A DNA stretch of 64,000 bases from Phoronis australis (lineage: Eukaryota; Animalia; Phoronida), in contig NMRA01000309.1 in the NCBI GenBank assembly GCA_002633005.1, positions 288,874 to 352,873 on the forward strand. The letters run 5' to 3'. Below the pieces are notes generated by a model that saw only the letters and a list, made by a program, of their open reading frames with translations, was not told the DNA's origin and searched no databases. The position numbers were made by a program, and so were the translations under genes. Of the stretch, positions 35,650-50,004 are shown one piece after another (position 1 is the stretch's first letter; every line of letters starts with the position of its first letter).

Positions 35650-38060
35650 CTGGAAACAGTACAGAATCTTAGGTGACCATGTCTTCATATGCTTGAGGCA
35701 TGAGTAAAAACACAAAAGCATTAACGATTGCTAATCAAGAATGCAATCTTACAAGCCATAAACATCTGCCAACCAATCCATAGAATGACATACTGCTTAG
35801 TGTATGGCTGGCACCATAATTGGTTTGTACATCATGCTTGATTACTACATTATTACACTTTTTACTAAATGTCCATGAACAGCGGTTATCTGTTCAGATT
35901 TGAAAATGCAGATTTATAGACTGTGCAGAAAACAATTAACACAAGATGTATTAAAGGACATCCAAAGATCTCTGAACAACATAGAATAAGCCTATCATAA
36001 GAAGGCAGGATGCCTTTTGCAGTAAAATACTCTGACATGATTCAGCCACACGACTCTGGGCCTTTTGCACAAATCAGCTGTTTATTACTCAGTCATGTAG
36101 ACACTTCGGTACGGGGTCAGTCTTCCAACTTACCCTAGGCAGTAGATACAGGTCTCAAAAGGAGTGTAAAAGTATTCCATTTTATACTGGAAATTTGTGT
36201 CTACAGAAAACCAAACATTACATTCCAACTCTGTGCCTTCACAGCACACATGAAAGCTGACGACTAGACCATCTGGCCAAAATAGGGAAGTGAGTATATC
36301 AAGAAACCCTAGACTCGAATCTTTACAATTTTCTCCAATTCAGTGACTATTCCAAACGAATTTTCAAAATCTGATATTGTTAAGAGTTCCTCAGGGTCTG
36401 TTGTCCAGCCTCAACCATATTGATACATGGCAAGATGTCTATCCTGTGTTGAACTCGCCTTTAGCGGAGGTAGAAAAATACATTGCATGAATGACATACT
36501 TTAGAAGATGCCATGCACTCCGCAGTTGATTAACCAAGGGAGCCATTTGCCTTTTTGGCAATTTCATTGCAAATCAAAATGCAAGGTAATACAAGTTTGT
36601 ACACAATACAATAACTTACATAACAGGTATTGTCTTACAAATTTGTAGGCAACGAAGTACGAAAAGTGTTTGACACATGTGATGGGGGCAAATAAGAGTG
36701 GTCTAGGCTACTTCAGGATAGGCCTATAATCAACCATGCAGATGTGTTATAAGCTCTGTTCCACAAAAAAATCAGATCACTAACAAGCTTGTGATACCAC
36801 TAGGGCGTTCTCCCTTTCAGTAACTTTACCAGACATAGAGCAGTTTTGAGCATGTGATATCTATATAGCTCCATTGTTAACTGCAGAGCACAGTCTTTTG
36901 TCTGGTATGACAACATGCAGGCCTATTATCTACCAGGCATCAAAGGGTTACTGAAACCAACCAGAACTACTTTCAACATCTAGTGGTGACAGAACAACAA
37001 GAATGAATAAATGATAGTAGCTGAACAAGTTTTCTCGGTTTGTCAATAACCATTTGATCAGCATTGCCATTGGGACTTGTTCCATGAAAGATTTAGTTTC
37101 AGCTGGAAATGGACTCAAGCAAGCATTATTACCTCCGAGAAGTCAAGGAGCTCTCAAGCTGGTTTGCTCAATAAACAAAAAAGCTGCTCCAACCACTCGT
37201 TTTGAAATGAGTTTCGCTGTGCGGCTTTTTAAGATCACTAATTCTGGATTTTACCGAAAAAAAGTAATACTGAGGAACAAATCCCAGCGGCCCGTTTCAT
37301 TAAAAGCCGCACCTTGGGTCGTAGCTGGTCGTATGAGTAGGGCAGTCGAAGTCGTACATTTTGTTTTTGGGTCGTTGATTTTTTCGTGCGGAATGTCCCA
37401 AGTTTAAAAAATTTTAATGCGCGTGAAAATTTAATTCGTAAAATAAAACTTACATGAATAGATACTGAAACATTCAGTATCCCAATTCCAAAAGTTTGCA
37501 CGGACTTCAACTGCATTTTCATACTTCACAGGACATTAGCTTTTGACATCGAGTACAAAATTGACGCCGGCTACGCAAAATGAATGGCACCGGCAAGTGA
37601 CCAAGTTTGCCGTCTTTGTGCACATAGGATAGGCCCTATCAAGGGGTGTGAAGGTTATTTTTACATGAAAATAGGGTCAAATTTTAGGAATCCAGACAAG
37701 GAATTTTAATTTTTTTGCTAAAGTCCTATTTTTATAAAAATTCTTCGTCCTGCTTTATGCCGCTCCAGCAACCTCGCTCATAGTGCTCGCGTGAATAGCT
37801 GCTTTTTGTGGCAAAGTTAACTACGAATTCGCAACACCTCTTCACATTTTGGAGAAATCAGTCAAACTGAGCATGAAAATTGCAGCATGTAAGAACCACC
37901 TGATCTTAGCTTTGTAGTCAATGTGATAATGATGGTACATAATGCACGGAACTAAGTAAAACCAACACACCATGCATAATATCTTTATTAACTGAAGTCA
38001 GAGATAATGCTAAAATCAACGCATTGTATCAAACTTAAAAGCTGTGTATGCATGAAAACA

Positions 38061-38167
38061 TTATGAAAAGTATAGTGGTTGCACCTTTATGAAAAGTATA
38101 GTGGTTGCACCTTTATGAAAAGTATAGTGGTTGCACCTTTATGAAAAGTATAGTGGTTGCACCTTAT
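38061..38167. repeat. 26-bp x4 tandem repeat
   Basis: Unit TTATGAAAAGTATAGTGGTTGCACCT, perfect copies. Confidence 0.95.
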
Positions 38168-38747
38168 TACCAACTGCTTAATATGTACACAGTCAAACTC
38201 ACTGCATTGGTTAGTGTTCAGATAGAATAGATTGTCTTAACTTCAGTTGTAGTTGGGCGATTTTGGCGAGTCAAAAACTAAACAAAATCAGAATTTGACC
38301 AGGAATTCAGAATTGTTATTGGTTTATATTCAAACGGTTTATAACTTTACAATCTGATCCGATTAAAGCAAATATCGACCAAAAGAGAGCTGATCCTCCA
38401 ACTATAAATACCTGAATGGAGTTAATCTGTCGTGTAAAATACTGATTACGCCTGTCAACCACCTAACTTGTTCATTTGTCATCCAATCGAACAAGATGGG
38501 GTCAATGGGAGAACGCCGTGATGTTTTGGTCTGTTGACCATCACCATTCTTTCACCTATGTATCAACATAGTGCAAGGTACTGCGAAGTTTCTAATGTGA
38601 ACCGCCTTCTATTTAGGAGTGGCTTGTTAGTGTTTGGGTTCCTCAACAATTGGTGTGATGTTAAATCGTCGATCAATCTTGAAATCTGGAGTTAGACGGG
38701 ACACTGGGTGTTCTGACATGGAAATTAGGAGTGCCAGGTACACTTAC

Positions 38748-38938
38748 CAGTCTTGTGCGTGATTGGGCGAGTTTGCCTCAGACGGCGGTAGAGGGCTAAC
38801 CAATCGTGAGACCTGTGTCCACACGCTTACGTAGAGATCTTGGTGGGTGGTCTCCTCGAAGCATGGCAAGACAAGCGGCGTGCCAAACAGACTGGGACGA
38901 GTCTTTTGGGATGACAGGAAGTACATATCCATACGCAT
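38748..38938 (-). CDS. USP32: USP32 exon (MRMDMYFLSSQKTRPSLFGTPL...SPLPPSEANSPNHAQD)
   Basis: Matches human YFLSSQKNRPSLFGMPL as recalled, tttcag / gtaagt boundaries, phase 0 to 2. Confidence 0.96.
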
Positions 38939-41900
38939 CTGAAAGAGTTACATGACACTTAAATCCTGAATGTATGAACTAGTGACTCCATCTAGCGTCC
39001 ACTCCACGAACCAGTCTGTTTTCAGCCATAATGCTTTTGGTATATAGACCAACGAGGATTTCAAAGAAACGTTTTCAGCTACTGGTCCAAAATAACTGCT
39101 ACTTCGTCACTCACAAAACCTAGAACTCAAATGTTTCTGATCTACTGATTGAAAAACTTGAAGAAATACCCTACATGACAGCAAGGTGTCTGATCAAAAG
39201 TTAGTTTTGTGACAAAAGTAATGGATGCATATATGTGAAATCCTTAATTTTCTGTAGCCAGTTGTCAAGAAACCTTAGAACATAAAAGGAGTGAGAAAGA
39301 AGAAATGATTTCTGGCCTTGAAATGAACAGTCAGTGTGGTAATGCTAGAGACTCAACAAGTTAGTAGCCTGATGCCTATTTGAGCTTGCAGACTTGGCTT
39401 AGAATTTTGAAATCATGGGTGTGTTCACACACAGTAGGCCATTTGAAATCAGCCTGCAAGGTCAGTGAAAGCAGTTCTTCATAAACCCTGCTCTAAGTCA
39501 TACAACTATCTAAGTTGGTCTGTATAAGTAAACACAGTTTAACAAAGGGTTTATGGTCCTGGCTGTCAATATAATTGTTTCATTACCCTCTATGGGTTTT
39601 GAATACCCAGCCCAGAATGAGAGCTGAGCTATAACAAACTGAGGAACAGCTCTTCCCATGACAAGAAATCAGAGAAAGGAACAAGTTTAAAGCAGTTTCA
39701 CTAATATTTAGTGATCTAAACCACAGTTATATGTTTGACAAGAGGCAGGTTTAACTACATATTAGATCCTCGGTAAGACAACTTGATAATTTCCATTAAT
39801 ACCTACATAGAGATACCAACAACACTTACAAGACTTTCATTCAAATGTAATGCTTGAAGATGAAAAGGATGTATTATTCATCTTATGGTAATATATTTTC
39901 CTTAAATAATTCAATTATTAGTTTTGATGTAGATAAGCCTATGTAAATGTAAAAACTTAATTATTCAATCTGCACAACTACAGGTGTGAACGAGTGCATA
40001 ACAGTACTTTCTCTTTCCCTTTCTTCTACTCCTTTTAACATCATCTAATTAGTTTCCTCTAAAACATTGATATGTTTAATATCACATGTAGTGTATTGTT
40101 ATTTACATTGCAAGGATATATAGCTGGAGAAATGCGTTCCTAGCGAAATCCAAGAATATGATTTCTGAGTAAATCAATGTATGGAAATCCAAGAATATGA
40201 TTTCTGAGTAAATCAATGTACTATGAACAATTTAAGACTGGTAGTTCCACAAACTGATTGATTTTAGCAAGAAAGCACAAACAGTAATGTTCCCAATTTG
40301 AAGGTGTACATTCGAAGTAATAACAAGAGCAATGCAAGGCGTTGATAATGCTAACTGTATGTTTCTAAGGGTGCAGCTTTGTGCAGTGATTACAAGGAAA
40401 CAACAATTTGAACACAAAGAATATCTGCAATATCAGCACCTTCTAAGACTAACATCAAATCAAAAGTTTACCAGGTCTGGTTTGTAGTACCATACTTCAT
40501 TTCTTGAAGAGTAAACATAGGGTTGTCATAACAGCCACCAGGGGGTGCTGCAGTGGTTAAATCTGGCATACACACTTGTGTCAAATTTCACCAACAACTG
40601 ATCCACTAAGGATTCAAAATGTCATCTTTCTGTACCGTGGGATTAATTGGCCTCTATTACAGAAATAAGAGTTTGGTGAGATTTTGAATGTGGTCAATGT
40701 GTAAGTTCAACATAATATGAAATCATAAAGTTGTTGAGTTATTAAAGCCTTCCTCAAATAGACGTTTGTTATTCTTGGTGTATTGGACTATCCATATCAT
40801 TGTAGCAATTCTTTAAAAACACACTAAAACAATTTAAACATCCAAATGCAAGCACGTCAAACGATACAGAACGGGAAAAAGCTTTTTCAAGCCATATTGC
40901 CAGACCGCAAGAAAACAGTAAATCAAAGAAAATTTTGATCCTCCACCACTACAAACAGTAGAAGTACCAGAATATAAAGGAACTGAACACCAATGTGTGT
41001 GTGTGTGGGTGATGTTCATAGCTGTTTAAATTCACTGAGGAGTCTCACAGTGACATAGACAAAAGTCTAGTAATAAGCCTAAAACCTTTAATAAAATTCA
41101 ACAATTTATGACTTCAGCGTGGTCAGAGTGAATACTTTCAACATATTGTAGGAACTAAATTTACATTGTGATGCCATTTAAGGTGAGCTTCAGAGTTGTC
41201 AAGAATGGTTAGAAGGAAAAAGTAGGGTTAATACCAAGGCCTGTTAAAAGAAAATTGACTTAGCTAAGACAAATCTTAAACTTCATCCAAACATATCATT
41301 TCGTTTTCAATTTCTGCAACTTTAATTTTATTCATGAAAGTCTTATCCTTGATAGCCTCTCATGATAAAGTGGAACATTTTAAAAACAATTTGTAATAAT
41401 GTTTAAAACTACAGTGTATAAAACATAGTATCTGAAAGGTTTGTAAGAATCCAAGAAGCCGTTTCTGAGATGTGATGTTTTGAAGTTAGCCAGTTGACAG
41501 GGTCCTCCGTAACCTTAAACACCACAAAACAACAATATTCTGCACGACACTGCTGCAAAAAAGCAGGCAGGTTTCGCACCCTTCGACTCTGCAGGGAATC
41601 TAGCAAATTGCATACACTGTGTAATTGCTGCTCCTTGATGAAGACAATTTCATAAATTAGTAGCGTTTTCATATTTCATATTTCACAAGGAAGCACAACC
41701 ACGTACAACAATTACCAGTAGTAATGAGCTTGACCAAAAGAGTTGCATTCAGAGCTAAGAACAATAAGTCGAGTAACAACACATTCTCTATCTTGTTATT
41801 GGCTATCTATAAAAATAAATAATACTGCATGTGAGAGCTCCCCAACTGCATAACTTAACTGGTAAAAAGAGATGTGATGACAAACATTCTTTTCAAATTA

Positions 41901-43635
41901 AACAAAGTGCACTTTTAGCTGCAATTATTACTTAACTTGAAAAGTGATACCCTGATGAATAACCTAACGTCTGAAACTGAGTTTCAATTACATGAAGTAC
42001 TAAAATAGCCAATACCATTGAAATACAGGAGTTATTCTACAGTACAATAAAAAAGTAACATAAAATACCGTTTGCTCGTCATCACACCGAAGTCAGTTAA
42101 CAGCGAAAAAGACTGGCAATAATTATTAGTGCAGCAAAATTCTAATGACAGATTACTGACCTATTTTCATTTTTCAGGCACTTCTAAACGGTTTGAATAT
42201 CCACAATTTCTCACTATCATTGTTTGATAGTAGCTATAATATCGCCTTATGTGGCATATTTCATGAAAAAATGATGCAATACTTGAAAAGACCCATCGAG
42301 CCCAAAATGGTCAGTAGGAAGTGCTGCAATGGTTAAATCTGCCCTGACACTAGAAGTGTCAAGATTGAAAAGGGGTATGACCTGTTTTAATGATGCCCCA
42401 CATCCGGGTTCCAAATTTCATCAAAATACAACCAGGAGTTTTTGACATCAAATACCTCTGCGTCCCATTTCATTGAAATTTTTCAATCAGCTTTTTATAT
42501 ATCCGAAAAAAACCAAAAATGTCCACTGGGAAATAATGCAGTGGTCAAATCCGCCTGGAAATAAAATGGTGCGCTATTCATGGACTTGGCTAAATTGTGC
42601 TGGATGGGATAACTGCGATAGTAAACCAACACACCTGTTCAGCGTACAAGTTTCAAAGTCAAAAACTGAACAATACTTCAGCCAAAAGACCAACATGACC
42701 GTCTTTAAAATACAAAAGTAAATATTAGCCATCTTTGATTTTTTTATTATAAGAGAAATTAGCGAATACATTTTCTTTAGCATCATGGCTACTAGTAAGT
42801 AACGAGAACTAATTTGTGAATCAATTATGACGGGTTAGTCACAGTTTGGGTTAAGCTCGCTTAGGCAGTGGGGTAACAAAACACCAAATGTTAGTGTAGG
42901 ATTTGTCTTAAGACACCTAAATAAAGCTCAGTTGACTTGAATTGGTTACTTTTCTATGAATGGGCTCAATTTTCTCGTAGGTTCCATGTTGATAGTATTT
43001 TTTCCACGAAATATCAGGAACACAGCGGAAAGAATCTGTTCTGGTGAATATGTGAGGTACCTCCACCATACAAGCTTTGTGTTTATGTGTAACTATGCTG
43101 GGTGTGCCTATCTTGGTGGAACTATCCATCCTTTCACCTTCAAGTAATAAGCAACTTAACCTAGTTTGTGAGTGAAGTTGGAAGTGAAACAGATGATACT
43201 GGCAGGCCACAAATTTTAGCTAAACCACACTATCAGGCTTCTTGACCAAAATACAGCTGTAACTAGCCAACAAACAGGAAACTCAGAAGAAAACTAATTG
43301 GTCTCATGTAGATTTGTCTAGCACTGACATTTCATATTATGCAATGCCTCAACTACTTAGTACTAAGAGAAAATTCTGTTCCGTAAAAGATTGCTACTCC
43401 AGGTTAAACCAAGATTAACTTTTATCTGAAAACCATTAGATTGATGGCCCTAGGGACTAAGCTACAAACAATATGTGGATATGGATTTATTAATTAACAC
43501 CTGCCAAGACTGAAGAGGAAGAAGTGAAATTACATAACAAAGCCAGCTAAAAACAAAATAATATAATGTCACCTCACAGTGGTGGCTTCATTCTTGACCA
43601 CAAGTTTTCATTAAAAGATTTACAACAGATTCTAT

Positions 43636-44563
43636 AACAAGAGCAACGTTGAAAATGCGCCCACAATTGCACCGCATACGGTATCCTTCTAGGGTTGTTT
43701 ATTGGTACCATAAAGTGGCCAGTAGAGGGCATATATGTAGTATGTTGTACTTTGCAAAATGGAAAGGCATGGTCATTGTCTCCTCAATAGGCTAGGGGCA
43801 AAATGTGAGTAATCTTCATAATACAAGCACATCCTATACACCAGTTGCTTAAAGCACCACAGAAACATAGAATTAAAAACAAATTTACCAACATACGAGA
43901 TTAGCACAGCATTAGAATGCCAGAAACAAATTTCTACTTGGAANNNNNNNNNNNNNNNNNNNNNNNNNNNNNNNNNNNNNNNNNNNNNNNNNNNNNNNNN
44001 NNNNNNNNNNNNNNNNNNNNNNNNNNNNNNNNNNNNNNNNNNNNNNNNNNNNNNNNNNNNNNNNNNNNNNNNNNNNNNNNNNNNNNNNNNNNNNNNNNNN
44101 NNNNNNNNNNNNNNNNNNNNNNNNNNNNNNNNNNNNNNNNNNNNNNNNNNNNNNNNNNNNNNNNNNNNNNNNNNNNNNNNNNNNNNNNNNNNNNNNNNNN
44201 NNNNNNNNNNNNNNNNNNNNNNNNNNNNNNNNNNNNNNNNNNNNNNNNNNNNNNNNNNNNNNNNNNNNNNNNNNNNNNNNNNNNNNNNNNNNNNNNNNNN
44301 NNNNNNNNNNNNNNNNNNNNNNNNNNNNNNNNNNNNNNNNNNNNNNNNNNNNNNNNNNNNNNNNNNNNNNNNNNNNNNNNNNNNNNNNNNNNNNNNNNNN
44401 NNNNNNNNNNNNNNNNNNNNNNNNNNNNNNNNNNNNNNNNNNNNNNNNNNNNNNNNNNNNNNNNNNNNNNNNNNNNNNNNNNNNNNGACGGACGGACAGA
44501 CGGACGGACGGACAGAGATGACGGCATAATGCGTCCACATATAAATATGTGGGCGCATAAAAA
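43636..44563 (+). mobile_element. HINE / non-autonomous Helentron-like element, copy 1 (interior in gap)
   Basis: Starts AACAAGAG, subterminal IR ATGCGCCCACA (43655) / TGTGGGCGCAT (44548), GACG/GACA microsatellite, terminal hairpin ATGCGTCCACATAT-AA-ATATGTGGGCGCAT then A5. Confidence 0.8.
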
Positions 44564-47532
44564 TGGCAAAATTTGGCTAACCGCAGAACATCATGTCATG
44601 GCTTATTGGGTTTATACGAAACGTTCACATAATATGCACTGTTCTCAAAAACACTCACACGGATTGTTTTTAAAGTGTTCCTCTTTTGCAAAACAGGCAA
44701 TTAAAATGGGACTCTTAATAATTTTTATGAAAAAATTCAGAAGATGTAGAAAATGAAAAAAATATTACTTGGAAAACAGTAAGTGTTTTTGAGAATTCAT
44801 CTTGAACATTAAATTTGTATCTGACGAAATTTGTTCATGTTATAGGTACCAATGTTTTGCTATGAATGCACTTTTTTCCTAAGTTTTATTAAAGACATCA
44901 TTACCTAGCAAGTTGCTATAAAGTGAAAAAAATAAAATTCTAGTACATGCTTTCTACTATCAGAAAATACTTTTACTGACTTACAATCTATAGTTTTGTA
45001 GGTATTTAGCTAAATATACACACTGGTGCATCAGGTTCTACATTAAAAGCAGTCACTGTTTTATGGCATTCAATAACATATGAACAATTGGATGATTACG
45101 ATTTTAACTTTCGAGTAACAGTTTTCCTTAATAGCTCCCGATATTTCACAATGATGTCCTACTAAGCAACAGATAAACCCAAGTGTAGACAATAGGTGTG
45201 TCTTAACTAAAACGACATTTACTTAAAGAAGAAACTTAGGGGTCTGCTTCGTGAAAATGACTTCAATCTAAGACCACAGCTTGGGATTTTCGCATTGGAC
45301 TAAATGGCAAGTGTTTGCTATGAATGGTATTCAGTAGTTCCCCAACTCGCAGTTGCTAAAAAATAGGTTTAGGCAGGTAATTATAGATCTACAAATAATT
45401 GGTAGAAATTATCTCAGTAACTAGCACTTATGTAGGTGTGTATTCTCAGAGACTGGACTTGTGCACAAATGGGGGTCTGACAAGAACAAACATAGGGACT
45501 CATAGAGATTCTTGTGCCGATACTAGCATGTGGACACCAACTTATTTTGTTGTATGATTCCATTTAGAATCGTGCTTCTTTACAGATTGAAGAACATTTT
45601 GAACAAACTTGTATGATGTTGATATTTCAGCATCATTGTTTGAATCTAAACAAGAGCACTTCGGGAGGGACTCTCACATTTCGACCTTCGGACAGGCATC
45701 CCTTTCATGAAAGTGACTGAAGACTTACGATACAAATTTAGTTGTATGTTCCCATGTCACAGTTGGTGAACAAAGGTTTGAGGGCATCATACTCAAGAAA
45801 TAATTTATAGAAATTATCTCAGAAACTAACAGTTATCTGCATATTTTCAGAGACTGCACTCTTGTTTGCTGAAGTAAGATCCAATTGTTTCTCAGAAATA
45901 GTTATTTGGAGCGTAAGAACAAATTTCTGTCTCAAGTTTTCAATCACTTTTCATGAAACAGACCCTCAAGGAATTGCAGAAAAAGAAAGAATTCTGAACT
46001 ATTTTAATCTGATTGTAAAACACTACAGTCAAAGGTGGAGTATGGGTAAAGCTCGTACAATAATGAAACTACACAAAAAATGTATATGACAAGTCCAAGT
46101 AAAATATCATTTCCAGTAAGTTGCAAAAACAAAGTGCCTAGTGCGCGTTCAGACTGATAGGTTTCACAAAGTATCATCTCACACACTGCCCCAGCTTCAC
46201 AGTACATGCCAGTTTGAGACTACTGCAATCACCCGACGAAAACAATCCACCTGGTGACGGTAGAGTTGAAAGTCACAAAAACCACAACTTATCAATGAAG
46301 ATGAAGATTAAGAATTTTAATAAAGAAGTAACAGAGTGAAAATATCAAACTGTTAACAGTTTTTAAAAGAAAGTACACTTTTTAATAAAACAATGCCGGG
46401 ATGTCAATTAACAGTGCCACGCATTGTGTTGTTAAAGCACTGATCAGAAGGTGAGTAAAAAATTCCCCAGTATTGTCTGCACCAGACGTCGACTCACACA
46501 GAGAAAAATATGTTATCAGCATTTCTCATATGATACTTTCACATTTTACTTATGGAATTCACAAAACAACTATTGAGACTATGCCCACAGATTAATAACT
46601 AGGACATCTTCTGGCAGAATGACGTAACCGAACAGCAAAAAAATAAAGTAAAAATTCTCTAGTTTCAAGAGTCTGCAAACTTCACTGGGTCACTGGAATT
46701 CAAGTCAAATTCAAAAGTCTTAACACTTCATTTTAGTTTAAAACTTCATAAAACAGATCTTGACGCAAGTTAGTTCAGCGGAAACTAAACTCAAACTAAT
46801 GCTCATTCAACACAGCCGTACAAATATATCCAAACTTTTAACTGAATTTAATACGATTTTTTGTTTAATACATATTTCTGGTGATGCAGCACCACCTAGT
46901 GAGTGACAGCTTACCCATGCATTATGAGTAATCATAATGCATGGGTACCATAGGTAATGAGATTTCCGCGGGAACCCAACCCAGTTTTTAAGACCGATAA
47001 ATGGGCTGAGAGTTACAAAATGTTTAAATTTTAGAGAATCTTTTTTCACCTGGTGTTCTAAATTTCGATGAATGTAAAAGAACTCAAGGAATATCTTCTA
47101 AACATTGTTGATTCTGAAGAATGGCACATGTGTGATTTAAGTGTTCATCACATCACTCAAATATCGGACACTAAATGTTGTGTTAAAAGAGTCTGAAAAC
47201 AGACTTGGCAGGTCGTAAAATTACCAACTGTACCACTTTGCCAAACTCGAAAGGTCCCAATTAATGCCACTCATAGTGGCATCTTTGAAAACCATTGTTC
47301 TGGTTCCTGTTTCAGAGTGGAATTGTTTGTTTTGGTTATTTAATGCAGCGCATTATTGTTCCTATAGCATATGTTAACACCATCAGCTGAAATAAAGTAG
47401 ACTGACTGCATCAAAGGACCACCAGAAAAACTAATTTTCAATTACCGCATGACCTAATCAGTGCTACCTGCAACTTAACGCAGTCAATTACTTGGTACTA
47501 CTCCTTACACTGACACATTTTTAAATTCTTAC

Positions 47533-47759
47533 CATTTTCCGATGCATAGCCACAACAAATCCATTGAAGTTTTCCAATGGCATGGTGGGTATTGACCCGT
47601 TGTTCATTGACGACGTCTCTGAGCTCGTATCACAGGGTTGACGGCAGGGGGTCATGGTGCTTTCATTGGGCTTAGAGACTGATGACGCCTCTTCACCAGT
47701 CTCCAGGTCGGGCTTGTCCACAGGTGGCAGTCTAGGGGTTGGTTCACCATTTGTAATAC
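47533..47759 (-). CDS. USP32: USP32 exon (ITNGEPTPRLPP...FNGFVVAMHRKM)
   Basis: Ends like human GYIIAVHRKM, ttgcag / gtaaga boundaries, phase 1 to 0. Confidence 0.93.
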
Positions 47760-50004
47760 CTGCAACATACAGACATGTCTTAATTTCCATCACTAAAATG
47801 AACCAAGGACACATAACATACCAAAAGTATTAATACAAAATGACCCTTAAGCTAAATTCATAGCCAGAATACGGTTCATATCCATGGCCCCCCTAAAATT
47901 CTCCCAGGTTCCATTTGGCAGTTCGGGGGTGCGAATGTCTGACTTGCAAAATCCTGGCTAATACTCTGCCCTGCCCCCCNGGTAAGGTGTCTAAGCCATT
48001 CTGTAATTAGAATTTTGCCACTACAATCATAGCTATTAACAGTCACTTTTACGACATAACGGAGAAACGGTAATTGTCCAATTACTTTTGACTTCTTCTG
48101 CACTTGCCAAATTGGCCATTCTGTTTCCTAAGACAGTGAGCAAAGCTTCACCAAATTAAAAACAACAGACTGTGTACAATTTACGCTACCATTTCCCAAT
48201 TGTACATTTATGTTCCAGCCTCAAACAAATATAACTCATAGCTCACTTCTAAGTACCAGCTGCATGAGCGCTGCATAGAAAATCACGCTACTTAAGATAT
48301 GAAAGGCTTCCATGTTTTTTCAGAGAAAAACCAAGTTCCCGGCTGGCACTTTTTTGAAACTGATCCTAAAACGATTAAGTCCCTAGATAAAAAACATTAT
48401 TTCCATAAAATCTAACACGTGGTGACAATATATCGGAGACCTCTGTACCAACCAAGAACTGAACATGAGGTCACGAAATGATTTTTTGCATGAATTCAAT
48501 TTTAATTTCATGGGAAAATTATGCATGCAGGCTCACAATACTGTGTTTCGAACCTATTCCTTTCATGTACAGGAGATTCTGGTGCTGCAGCTGTTGACTA
48601 GAGAAGAAATGCAATCCAAGATGACAATTTTTATTAGTTGAAATACCACAACTGATCAAAATCAGAAAGATAATGAAACCATCCTTCATGGTCACAGCAA
48701 TTCTCCTAATCCAAGTCTCACAGTTGCGTGAACTTTCCAAAAATCGAGTCACCATGGCGACATGATTTCCCAATGTTAGGTGAACATGCCAACACGATAT
48801 GAACTGTTCTTTCACTTGAAAACATTACTTCAACTTGTTATAGGCAAAAACCAACGTCAATGAATCGACGTTCACCCACAGCAGACCCGGCTCTGTTTTC
48901 CATTGAGTGCTGAAGTGATCCAGACAATCTTTTAACCACACATGTAGCAGCTGCTAATGGACCCCAGCTATTAAATTGCCTTTAAAACGTACCTATATAA
49001 AATGCTTTCTGATTCAATACTAGCCCAGTAGGTACAACAAACTTGTCAATCTTATTGAATGTGATTGAATGTCAGGCGCCAATCTCAAATTCACTCTTTA
49101 AGAAACAATGAGACGGAAAAATTTCGCATGAATTTTTGTTGCCATTAATTATGAATCCTGATGCCAAATACACATGTTGGATCAACACTGACAACAAGTA
49201 TGGAGAATTTCTTTTTACAGACAGTTAAAAACTTAATGTACTTTTACAAGAACAAACATTTTATCCTGCTCTTGGGGTCATTGACTGCTTTCTTGGCGCT
49301 TTTTCAAAAAAGGTGGTTTTTCACTTGACAGTTATTCATCGAATAAGTGTCACTCACCAGCCTAAGTGCCACATGCTAAACAAGTGTAGCGTTCTGTTTT
49401 GAAGGACAAAATTGGCAGGGACGACAAGGCAGTCATTATATTAAAATTCAATGTCTAAATAAATTATGAGTTTGGCAGGCTGGGTGTCATCGAGCCGGTG
49501 AAACTCTGGGTGATGACCGAACTCGATCTTATTATTGACCACAAGCAGAGATGCCCATTTTACACGTCATTTTCTATAAGGGAGGTTTTTTTCGTGCGGA
49601 AAGTGAGAAAACCAACCGTAGGCCTACCTACTGTTTTGTACGGACCAGAATATGATCTATAGCTTGACACCAGGTCAGATTGTAGAGCATGTGTTTACCA
49701 ATATTTTCATTAAACTTCAAAAATCCTATTTCAGTGGTTGCATTCTAACCTCAAGTTGTTTTGAATCCAGTGTCTCACTACTTAAACAAAAAGTGTCCGC
49801 CCACATCAACTTCGGCCAACGCCCCCACAAATGCCAAGTTTCTAGTGATATTAAATTAGTATCGTAAAAATGGCCACTATATGACGCAGAATACATCAAA
49901 CCTGTCTGAAAAGTGAAAAGCATCGTTGTCTCCCTAAAAGAAAACTATTTGCCACATTTCATGAAAATCTGTCAAAGAACTGAAACGATACTGAGGTAAA
50001 CATA

